Source of the DNA: an uncultured Alphaproteobacteria bacterium
GTDB taxonomy: Bacteria; Pseudomonadota; Alphaproteobacteria; Paracaedibacterales; CAITNM01
Direction: 5' to 3'
Length of the DNA: 64,000 nt
NCBI GenBank assembly: GCA_903874955.1
Contig: CAIQTY010000028.1
Location: forward strand, 4,540-68,539
This document shows, piece after piece, positions 22,427 through 30,962 of the stretch (position 1 is its first letter; each line of letters begins with the position of its first letter). Made by a program: the position numbers and the translations under genes. The notes under the pieces are model-generated. The model was given only the letters and a program-made list of their open reading frames with translations, had not been told where the DNA came from and did not search any database.

Positions 22427-24827
22427 TAACCCAAAGACTAGCTGCTGGGTTAATGCATCGGCGGGATCTGGTAAAACAAAAGTTCTTATCGACAGAATCA
22501 TTCGTTTGTTGCTGCATGGAGCTAATCCTGAACGAATCCTTTGCTTAACTTTTTCAAGAGCAGCTGCTGGGGAAATGAAACAGCGGCTTTTAAAGCGTTT
22601 GGAATCAATCAGTGAGCTACCTGAGGACAAGATCGGCGATGCGCTGCATGAACTAGGCGAAGAAAACCTGCTAGAAAACATTTTGCGAGCTAAAAACTTG
22701 TATGAAGCTGCACAAATAAAGCCTGTGACTATTCAAACCGTTCACAGCTTTTGCCAAAATTTACTCCAGTTACAACGTGGGAAAAATATATTAACTCCCC
22801 CACCTAGGGTAATGGAAAATTTTGAAGAGAAAACATATTTGAGAAAAGCTTTTCAAGAAGTAGTGAACGACGCTATTGCGGTTCCTTACTTAGAAGATTT
22901 TTTTGCTTTCCATACTGATAAAGTCTTATTCGATTACCTCTCTAAAACAACTAGATATACACAACACAAAAATACAGGAAGTATCAAACAGCGTTTATAT
23001 GAGTTGTTTGATATTACCAGTGCACCTGAATTCCCCTACCCCGCTGATGAAATTCATCATTACTTAAAAGGCCTTTTAAACATTGAAATCCCTCTAGAAC
23101 CAGTGGATAAGGATCACCTTTTTGCACAGTGCTTTATTACCCAAAAAGGAACTACTAGGCAAAAAATTCTCCCAGCTTCAATTCAAAAACAATATCCAGA
23201 TGCTGAAGGTCTTTTAAAAAATTATGCTGAAATGATTGCCCATTATTTCTCAAGAAAAACTCGTTTTGATCAGTTGCAAAAATCTCTGCAATTTTGGCAA
23301 CTCCAACTACTTTTTCAAAAGCATTATAAACAAATCAAAGAAACCCATAATCTTTGGGATTTTAACGATCTTATTGATAAGACGCTACAAATTTTAAAAC
23401 TCGATGACTTTGACCAAATTCTTTTTGAACTCAATTATCGCATTGACCATATTTTAGTTGATGAAGCCCAAGATACAAGTATTTCCCAGTGGCACGTTAT
23501 TGAACACCTGGTTCAAGGATTATTCTATGAGAGCAGTAGAGATAGAAGTATTTTTGTGGTTGGTGATGAAAAGCAATCCATCTATAGCTTTCAAGGAGCT
23601 GACGTGCGTATGTACAAAAACATGCAAGAGCATTTTTCAACGCATTGCGCCCCGTGGGAAAACGTTAACCTCGTTACTAGTTTTCGCAGCGGTCGCACTA
23701 TTTTAAAGCAGATTGATACTATTTTTGCAGAAAATTCAATTGGGCTTGGTGAAAAATTCACAGGACACAATGCTTATCGAAATTTTGCTGGACGAATTGA
23801 AACCCTTGAGCTTAAAAAATCAGAACAACCTACCATTGAGCCATGGCCAATTTTTGAAAACTATCCTGAGGTAATTGAACCCGAACAAATTCTTGCGGAA
23901 CAAGTTTTAAATCACCTTGAAAAAATACTTTCCGATGAACTATTCCTTGAGTCTGAGCAACGTCTTGCTAGTTGGTCAGATATCATGATTCTAATGCGAA
24001 AGCGCGGGAAAATTATGCAAGTCCTAACTAATGCATGCCAAACTCGCCGTATTGCCCACTCAGCTTTTGATCCTAAGAATCTTCTGGAAACCCTTGTGGT
24101 AAGAGACATTTTAACTATCGTTGAATTCATGTTGATGCCGTTAAATGATTTAAATTTAGCAGCACTGCTAAAAAGCCCCTGGATGCAAAGCTTTGGTGTA
24201 ATTAATGAAAATGACCTTTTTACTTTGTGTAATGATCGAAAAGGCTTTTTGTGGGAACAGGTAAAACTCCATTTTCCAAACCATGCTAGGCAGTTGCAGC
24301 AACTATTAGACTGTACTCCTGCAAATGCTTATGGTTATTTTCAAATTGCCTATACAGCTATGAACACGGAATGTGCACTGCTGCATGCTTTTATGGAAGA
24401 CGCTTTTAAACGGTTTAATCTCATGAACCTTAGTATTAGGGAACTTGTTGAGCACCTATATACATATCCACCTATTTATACTCAAGTATCGCAACAAGAG
24501 GGACTAAAAATATCAACAGTTCATGGATCGAAAGGGCTTGAAGCCCCTATCGTGGTCATTCTCGACACTGGAGATGAAACTTCAGCAAAACAAGATATTA
24601 TTTTATATGATCCTGTCGAGCAGTTTTGGTTTTTAAAACCCCCTGCAGCGGCTGATACAGTTTTAACTGCTGCTTTAAAAGAGCATCATCAAAAGGCCTT
24701 AGAAGACGAGAACAATCGACTTTTCTACGTAGCCTTAACCCGTGCCAAAGAGCATATCATTATGGCAGGAATTGACCATGAGGAAACATCTGCCTCTTGG
24801 TACTGGCGTGTGAAAAATCATTCTTGA
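22380..24827 (+). CDS. addA: double-strand break repair helicase AddA (UvrD/Rep SF1 core) lacking the C-terminal nuclease domain
   Basis: 815 aa. Walker A NASAGSGKTKVL, motif II VDEAQDTS, motif III VGDEKQSIYSFQGA, motif VI FYVALTRAKEHI. Only about 30 residues follow motif VI. Confidence 0.85.
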   Translation: MNGFFLDTKNLQQRASNPKTSCWVNASAGSGKTKVLIDRIIRLLLHGANPERILCLTFSRAAAGEMKQRLLKRLESISELPEDKIGDALHELGEENLLENILRAKNLYEAAQIKPVTIQTVHSFCQNLLQLQRGKNILTPPPRVMENFEEKTYLRKAFQEVVNDAIAVPYLEDFFAFHTDKVLFDYLSKTTRYTQHKNTGSIKQRLYELFDITSAPEFPYPADEIHHYLKGLLNIEIPLEPVDKDHLFAQCFITQKGTTRQKILPASIQKQYPDAEGLLKNYAEMIAHYFSRKTRFDQLQKSLQFWQLQLLFQKHYKQIKETHNLWDFNDLIDKTLQILKLDDFDQILFELNYRIDHILVDEAQDTSISQWHVIEHLVQGLFYESSRDRSIFVVGDEKQSIYSFQGADVRMYKNMQEHFSTHCAPWENVNLVTSFRSGRTILKQIDTIFAENSIGLGEKFTGHNAYRNFAGRIETLELKKSEQPTIEPWPIFENYPEVIEPEQILAEQVLNHLEKILSDELFLESEQRLASWSDIMILMRKRGKIMQVLTNACQTRRIAHSAFDPKNLLETLVVRDILTIVEFMLMPLNDLNLAALLKSPWMQSFGVINENDLFTLCNDRKGFLWEQVKLHFPNHARQLQQLLDCTPANAYGYFQIAYTAMNTECALLHAFMEDAFKRFNLMNLSIRELVEHLYTYPPIYTQVSQQEGLKISTVHGSKGLEAPIVVILDTGDETSAKQDIILYDPVEQFWFLKPPAAADTVLTAALKEHHQKALEDENNRLFYVALTRAKEHIIMAGIDHEETSASWYWRVKNHS

Positions 24828-24866
24828 GAACTTTCATTCCCTAATCTTAAATAGACATTTTCCAGA

Positions 24867-25907
24867 TTACTTTGGACTTACTGAAGAAGAGCCTGAGCAG
24901 CAGCATATTATACTGGCTGAAGACTTTTTCGATTCTTTTTTCTGTTGGAAAAATAGCTGAGAAGGTTGATGTATAGTCATGGTCTCTTTATGTGGAGCAT
25001 ATTTCTGTAACACTGAACTTTGAGGCAAATCAGGTGAATTAGAGCCAATTTTTTCTTGCTGGGTAACTTGATTTATAGCCTCATTTGTTGGATTACATTC
25101 CTTGATTTTTAAATCTTTTGAGAGGTTTTGGTTCGGCACGTCTGCATGTTCTTCGTCAGAAGAATAATCCTCCTCATCATCAAAAGGACGTAAAGCTATT
25201 TTGCGAATAATCATAGAATCAGTTCTCGGCTGACAAAAACGTCCTCTATTTTGAGCTAACCATTCCTGGGTTGTAAGTCTATCAGTCATAGACCATGGAT
25301 CTTTAATAAATTCAAAACAATAATTAATTATTATTACAAAATCTTCAGGTTTCGATAATATTTTATAACCACCTTTGAAATGTGCATCATTTTGAAAAGG
25401 GCGATAGTGATTGATGAACTTCGTAGGATCTTTTTCGCCAACACACCAATATTTTTGGTTTTCGGTTATAGCAATAAAAGGAGGTAAAATAAACTCTCCG
25501 CGAGATGGCACGCCTTGCTTTGCGGCTTTGATTAGTTTTTCAAAAGGTTCACCTTTAATGCTTTCTTGTGAAGAGCATCCCCATAAGACTAAGTTAATAC
25601 CTTCAAATTTCTTTAAAATACGCTCCTTTTGCGTATCCCAAGGATCTTCCTCTACAGTTTTGAACCTCGAGCTTTTACCAATCCAGACCGTATCTCTCCA
25701 AGCCCTATCCCAGGTTGTGAGACGTATTTTCTGAAGTTTTTCATTGGTACTTTTTTTAAATTGTATATTATATCTGCTAACGAGTATCGGTAGTTGTCTG
25801 CGGCTTTCTTTATCTTCTTCAACGTATAAAATCTTAAATTCTGTATCACGTGCATCGCTTGCATAAATGCTGAAGCAAATAGAGAAAAACAGTAAAAATA
25901 TTAACAT
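24867..25907 (-). CDS. secreted pseudo-receiver (REC-like) domain protein, paralog of 27564..28298
   Basis: 346 aa. N-terminal hydrophobic segment MLIFLLFFSICFSIYAS|D. The REC-like core (ILYVEEDK, LVLWGCSS, FILPPFIAITEN, HFKGGYKIL) has Gly at the acceptor-Asp position and an insertion. The tail is acidic, then Gln/Ser-rich, ending IICCCSGSSSVSPK. Confidence 0.6.
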   Translation of the reverse strand: MLIFLLFFSICFSIYASDARDTEFKILYVEEDKESRRQLPILVSRYNIQFKKSTNEKLQKIRLTTWDRAWRDTVWIGKSSRFKTVEEDPWDTQKERILKKFEGINLVLWGCSSQESIKGEPFEKLIKAAKQGVPSRGEFILPPFIAITENQKYWCVGEKDPTKFINHYRPFQNDAHFKGGYKILSKPEDFVIIINYCFEFIKDPWSMTDRLTTQEWLAQNRGRFCQPRTDSMIIRKIALRPFDDEEDYSSDEEHADVPNQNLSKDLKIKECNPTNEAINQVTQQEKIGSNSPDLPQSSVLQKYAPHKETMTIHQPSQLFFQQKKESKKSSASIICCCSGSSSVSPK

Positions 25908-26017
25908 TTACATAAAACACAAAAAATTAACATATTGTATATCTAAAGTTATTCTTTTTCATTATAGAATTATTTGCTAAAAAAATTACTAAAACACTAA
26001 TTGCCTAGTTGGGATAA

Positions 26018-26353
26018 TTAAATTGCCTGAATTTTTGCAGCCAGAATAAAATCACTTTCGGTTAGACCGTCGATTTTATGGGTCCAGATTTCAACTGCGC
26101 ATTTTCCCCAGGATATTGTAATATCTGGATGGTGTGCTTCTTGTTCTGCAACAACAGCAATTTTGTTAGCAAAGGCCAACGGACTTAGGAAATCATCAAA
26201 AGTATACGTTTTATATAAGTGGCCAACGTGGTTAATTTGCCAACCGTTTTGTAATTCATTTAAGAAAGTATCAGCTTCGTGCTGATCAAGTGCTGGCACC
26301 CCACCTTGGCAGGGCACGCAGTTTTTATCGGTCAGGGAACATGCAGTGATCAT
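26018..26353 (-). CDS. phhB: pterin-4-alpha-carbinolamine dehydratase
   Basis: 111 aa. Signature [39 protein letters not shown]. It lies immediately downstream of phhA. Confidence 0.9.
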   Translation of the reverse strand: MITACSLTDKNCVPCQGGVPALDQHEADTFLNELQNGWQINHVGHLYKTYTFDDFLSPLAFANKIAVVAEQEAHHPDITISWGKCAVEIWTHKIDGLTESDFILAAKIQAI

Positions 26354-26370
26354 ATTAATTTCCTTTTATT

Positions 26371-27174
26371 TTAAATTTTTTCTTGGCTATTGATTATTAT
26401 ACCCTGTTCGATATCAGGAAAAAATAAGCAGGTGTCTTTAATTTCTTCCCAGTCTAGGGTATCTATTGCTTTGAATAGTTGCTCGTAGGTATCAATTACA
26501 AAGTAACTCCTTTGAAATGAATCTATATGGTACTGGGTTTTCATGATTCTTCTGATATCAAATTTAATCCGCACTGGTATATCTGATTCTAAGGAATAAA
26601 TCGATTCCCCCTTGGAAGAGGTTATCCCTGCGCCGTAAATACGCAAGCCTTCTTGCGTACTCATTAGGCCAAATTCTACGGTATACCAGTACAACGCAGC
26701 GGCAAATTTTAGAAAACCATGGTCGATTGCTTCAAGGCCTTTTTTTCCAAATGCCTCCATAAAATCTGCGAAAATGGGGTTAACCAAAAGGGGCACATGG
26801 CCAAAGACATCATGAAAAATATCTGGTTCTTCTAAGTAATCAAGTTGATCAGGGTTTCTTATAAAACAAGTCGCGGGAAATTTTCGCTCAGATAAAAATC
26901 TGAAAAAGAGTTCTTCAGGGATGAATCCCTTAACGGCTACTAGAGAAAAACCTGTCTCTTTTTGCAGTATTTTATTCAATTCTGAGAACTTGGGGATATG
27001 GGTATTACAAATTGAAAGAGTTTTCATACCCCTTAAAATTTCATCAACGGCTCGGCTTTTTAATACAAATTCTTGTCTTTTGAATAAAAAATTCCAAGTC
27101 TCGTGATCCGTTTCGGTAAAATTTTCCCATTTTTCTTGGGTTACCATGGGGTGGTCGTATAAATGTGATGACAT
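26371..27174 (-). CDS. phhA: phenylalanine-4-hydroxylase
   Basis: 267 aa. Aromatic amino acid hydroxylase core with iron-ligand region PDIFHDVFGHVPLL and the later YWYTVEFGL and YGAGITSS blocks. Confidence 0.9.
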   Translation of the reverse strand: MSSHLYDHPMVTQEKWENFTETDHETWNFLFKRQEFVLKSRAVDEILRGMKTLSICNTHIPKFSELNKILQKETGFSLVAVKGFIPEELFFRFLSERKFPATCFIRNPDQLDYLEEPDIFHDVFGHVPLLVNPIFADFMEAFGKKGLEAIDHGFLKFAAALYWYTVEFGLMSTQEGLRIYGAGITSSKGESIYSLESDIPVRIKFDIRRIMKTQYHIDSFQRSYFVIDTYEQLFKAIDTLDWEEIKDTCLFFPDIEQGIIINSQEKI

Positions 27175-27563
27175 CGTTTCTGCTCCAAATAATATTACTT
27201 AAATTAAAATAATCGTTACAAATCGATAATTAATATCGATAAGCGTATAAAATTAGAGAAATTATTAGAGTCAGAAGAATAGAGATATATGGATTATAAG
27301 CTAGGTTGGCTAGCTTTTGCTTAGAAAAAGTAGGAAAAGCTATAGCGTGCAGAAATTCAATAGGTTTGGTTGACATAATTTTCGCCTTTGGAATTGCATT
27401 ATCTTAAAGACCTTACTTTCATTAAAATTATAATAATAAATCATAAATTTTTTCCTTAATAATGTAGTTTAATAATATTTTTTATAGTCAATGTAATAGT
27501 AGATTTTTTGGTAAATAACATCAATCACTTTAAAAATTTAAATCCAGTGTTAACAAAAACCTG

Positions 27564-28298
27564 TTAACAAACGGGAATTTCAGGCTGAATTCTGGTTTCT
27601 GCTGCCCACTCCCCAGGATAGCAAGGAACACTTTCAGCCATTCTAATACAAATGTTACTGCATATTGATAACCAGGAAGTTTCATTTTGAACTTGATGAG
27701 AAACTTTTGAGGTTTGAACTGGATCAGAAGCTTCTGGCAATTGAATTTGAACTGTAATAGGTCCTTCAATAGCATTAGTTTCTTGAATTATATTGGGGTT
27801 ATCAGCAGTAAAATAGCCACCAACATGCGCAGTAAGCCAATTCTCTCCATATAGGTCTTTGCAGTAGTCTAAAATAATCTCTATTTCTCCTCTCTTAACT
27901 TTATTCCATCCGCCAATAAAGTGTTTTTCTTTTGCAAGATCTGACACTTTTCCATCTACATTGTGATATCGTGCATCATCGGTAACAGCAACAAATGGTG
28001 GAAGTATAAAATCATCAACAAGAGCTTTTTGTTTGAGATTTCCGAGAGCCTCATCGCCATTAAGCCTGGCCATATTAATATCGCAAAGAACCAGATGGAC
28101 CCCAACAAGACTGTCTAGAGTAAGCTCATCCCCATCCTCAAAAGTTTTATATTTAAATTTTTCACCATACGATTGGACTAAATTTTTGGTTGCTTGGCGT
28201 ATTACTTTACTGTCTTCAACATACACAAGATTAATTTGTTTTTCACTACTAGCCAAAAGAGGCTTAATTATAAACGCTAAAGATAAAATTAAAACCAT
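27564..28298 (-). CDS. secreted receiver (REC/CheY-like) domain protein
   Basis: 244 aa. N-terminal MVLILSLAFIIKPLLAS|S. The REC landmarks are all present: VYVEDS, LVLCDINMARLNGDEAL, FVAVTDD and GGWNKV. The C-terminal tail has a Cys cluster. There is no output domain. Confidence 0.6.
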   Translation of the reverse strand: MVLILSLAFIIKPLLASSEKQINLVYVEDSKVIRQATKNLVQSYGEKFKYKTFEDGDELTLDSLVGVHLVLCDINMARLNGDEALGNLKQKALVDDFILPPFVAVTDDARYHNVDGKVSDLAKEKHFIGGWNKVKRGEIEIILDYCKDLYGENWLTAHVGGYFTADNPNIIQETNAIEGPITVQIQLPEASDPVQTSKVSHQVQNETSWLSICSNICIRMAESVPCYPGEWAAETRIQPEIPVC

Positions 28299-28453
28299 AC
28301 ATGTATTTTATTTTTTAAATAATAATACATTATTACATTATTTTAAACCTTACTCAAGGTTTTATAAACAAATGTATAAAACTTTTATTCATGATTTCCG
28401 GAAATTTTGGTGTAGTTTTTCAGCAGCACAAATGACGTTAAGGTGTTGCAGGC

Positions 28454-29311
28454 CTATGAAATAAAAGAAAAACTGGAAATATAATAGTTAGGCAAACCGT
28501 TTGACAGGGTGAGATTTAAATTTTTTGGAGGATACTTTTCGCACCAAACTTTACAACCTAATGCATTTCCTGAATGCCCTATAACAAGAGCAGAATCGAG
28601 GCCCATGCTGACTGCCCCTTGTATATCCGTGGATAATGTATCTCCTATACATAAAATCTTTTTTGGGTTTACAGAAGGCAATAATTTTAAGGCTGATCGA
28701 TAAATTTCAGAATTAGGTTTTCCGTAAAAATATACTTTTCCTCCTTTTTGATGATATATTTTTGCCAAAAAACCAGGCCTTATAACTTTTTTGCCATTCA
28801 TGGTAACCGATTCATCCGGATTTACACAAATCATCGGAATATTATACTTGAGCGCATCTTCAAGATTATCATTGTATTTTGCGCATTCTCCTTCTGTATA
28901 AGGAATGGTAAAAACCACCAAGAAGTCTGCCTTCGATAAGCTATCAACTTTTTCAACATTTAAGCCCTGGAAAATATAATCATCCGGAAATTCATCAATA
29001 CAAAATAGTTTAGGTCTTTCTCCACTAAAATTGGGAAAAAGATTATTTTTAGCTTGATGATAAAAAAATTCACCAGATGAGAGAATAGAATAGTACAAAT
29101 CGCTCTTTAAGCCTTTGGTACCCAAAAGTTTTACTAAGGCTGCTGATCTGCGGGGAGAATTTGTTAAAAAAATAAGTGGCTTTTGCTGTCTCTTAATATA
29201 TTGAAGGCATTCAACAGTGCCTGAAAATACATCTCCTCCATCATGAACAACACCCCATATGTCTACGATAAACGCTTCATATTGATCAAATAATTTAGAA
29301 ATAATTTTCAT
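28454..29311 (-). CDS. HAD-superfamily hydrolase, subfamily IIA
   Basis: 285 aa. Motif I FIVDIWGVVHDGG, motif II LTNSPR, and a C-terminal GDTLSTDIQGA motif. Confidence 0.8.
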   Translation of the reverse strand: MKIISKLFDQYEAFIVDIWGVVHDGGDVFSGTVECLQYIKRQQKPLIFLTNSPRRSAALVKLLGTKGLKSDLYYSILSSGEFFYHQAKNNLFPNFSGERPKLFCIDEFPDDYIFQGLNVEKVDSLSKADFLVVFTIPYTEGECAKYNDNLEDALKYNIPMICVNPDESVTMNGKKVIRPGFLAKIYHQKGGKVYFYGKPNSEIYRSALKLLPSVNPKKILCIGDTLSTDIQGAVSMGLDSALVIGHSGNALGCKVWCEKYPPKNLNLTLSNGLPNYYISSFSFIS

Positions 29312-29489
29312 GAAATATATATACTTATCTATTCAATCGAACAATATTTCAGATTGTAATTCAAAAAAATTAACAATTAATAAATTATAATTAAATAACA
29401 ATATTAAACAAATCTCTAAATATTTAGAGATTTGTTAACTATTATCTGATGTAATTAAGACATTACCAAACTGTTTAATTTGATGGTAT

Positions 29490-30962
29490 ATGAAAAATAA
29501 TAATGAAAACCTAGATTCTTACATAGGCGTTGAATTGCCGAAAAACAAATCAACTGCGAGAGAAATTGTTGAGACAGTGGGCTGGGCTCTGGTTGTTATT
29601 GTACCAATCTTGATCTACTTCTTCGCACCTGCCATTACAGTTCAGGGATCAGAAAATCAGCCAAGGCTATTTCTTTGTATTTTATCGTCTACCACAATCA
29701 TGTGGGCTCTTTCATTGTTACCTTCTTTTGTACCAGGGATTTTTGCACTTTTAGCTACGGCTCTTTTATCTCTGACAGATAGTAATACAATTTTAGCAGG
29801 ATTTTCTTCAGCGAACTTTATTATTGTTTTAAGCATCTGCACAATGATTGTTTGTCTTGGGCAATCGGGAATATTAAATAGAATATTATTACATTTTTTA
29901 AGAAACTCATCCTCGGCAAATTCTGCTGGATGGAAAATATTTGGATTTAGCCTTTTAATTACCCCAATAATTCCCTCAGTTATCAGTCGCTGTCAGTTAC
30001 TTGGCCCGCTGATTAATAGACTCAGTGATTATAGTGATGGGCAGAAAAATCACAATAATGATACCCTATTCTACACGAGCGCCTATATTGGGGGGTCACT
30101 TTTAACTAGCTCTTTTTTAAGCGCGTCTTTACTAAATTTTGTTATTATTTCGCTGCTACCATTACAGGAACAGCAGGAGTTTCACATGATTGGGTGGTTC
30201 CAAGCAACCATAGTGCTTACCGCAGTCCTTTTGATAAGCTATTTTTTGTTGATAAGTATATGTTTTTACAATAAAAGCGGATCCTCTTCCCTATTTCATA
30301 AATTTAATATTGAAAATGAGAAAAAAAACAAAATAAGTTATAAGGAAATGGCTTCTTTAGGCATTATAATTTTCTTCTTTGTTGGAATTTTAACAACTCG
30401 TTATCACCACGTTGCAGGAAGCTGGTTAGGTCTCTCCTTACTATTTTTACTCCTAGCCCTAAGACTTGTTAGCATTGATGATTTTAGAAAAAAAGTTGAT
30501 TGGACATTTTTACTTTTTCTAAGCTCGATTATTGGTATAGCGACGACTTTCAAAAGTTTGGGGCTAGATGTATGGACGTATAAACAATTATTAACCCACT
30601 ACCCTCACATTGTGCAAGATAAAGAGTTAATTTTTATTTCCCTAACGATTTTCGTGCTTATTTTAAGATTAGCACTTCCTGTTGGAGCTGTTGTTGCGCT
30701 ATTGGCTTCAATTGCATTAGCAATTGCAGACAAAATCGGTATAAGCGGTTGGGTTTTATGTTTTGTGATATTATTCGTTGGAGACATGTGGTTTTTCCCC
30801 TATCAAAATGAGTTTTATCAGATCTATAAAAATAGCTTTGATATGGAATCACACTCTATCAATGAAAAAAAATTCTTAATAATCAACGCTATATTTAACG
30901 TTATTAAGATATTTGGATTGTATTTAAGTTTTTATCACTGGAAATATTTGAGTTTAATATGA
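29490..30962 (+). CDS. anion permease, DASS/SLC13-like (putative)
   Basis: 490 aa and polytopic. The N-terminal pattern ...IMWALSLLP..VPGIFALLATALLSL...ILAGFSSANFIIVL...GILNRILLHFL resembles divalent anion:Na+ symporter family members. The call comes from motif resemblance only. Confidence 0.45.
   Translation: MKNNNENLDSYIGVELPKNKSTAREIVETVGWALVVIVPILIYFFAPAITVQGSENQPRLFLCILSSTTIMWALSLLPSFVPGIFALLATALLSLTDSNTILAGFSSANFIIVLSICTMIVCLGQSGILNRILLHFLRNSSSANSAGWKIFGFSLLITPIIPSVISRCQLLGPLINRLSDYSDGQKNHNNDTLFYTSAYIGGSLLTSSFLSASLLNFVIISLLPLQEQQEFHMIGWFQATIVLTAVLLISYFLLISICFYNKSGSSSLFHKFNIENEKKNKISYKEMASLGIIIFFFVGILTTRYHHVAGSWLGLSLLFLLLALRLVSIDDFRKKVDWTFLLFLSSIIGIATTFKSLGLDVWTYKQLLTHYPHIVQDKELIFISLTIFVLILRLALPVGAVVALLASIALAIADKIGISGWVLCFVILFVGDMWFFPYQNEFYQIYKNSFDMESHSINEKKFLIINAIFNVIKIFGLYLSFYHWKYLSLI

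Noticed and set aside
24867-24900. I checked the C-terminal Cys residues of the REC-like paralogs (..SVSPK preceded by CCCSG; ..EIPVC) for eukaryotic CaaX prenylation boxes.
   Set aside because: Neither C-terminus fits C-a-a-X: the Cys is terminal in one and 9-11 residues from the end in the other. I kept only the weaker note that Cys clusters are present.
27175-27563. Palindromic bits in the phhA upstream spacer: atcgataattaatatcgat, aagctag-N5-ctagctt, and two gttaac sites.
   Set aside because: AT-rich spacers generate many such short palindromes. There is no known operator consensus to compare against and no second copy. They are possible regulator sites but unsupported.
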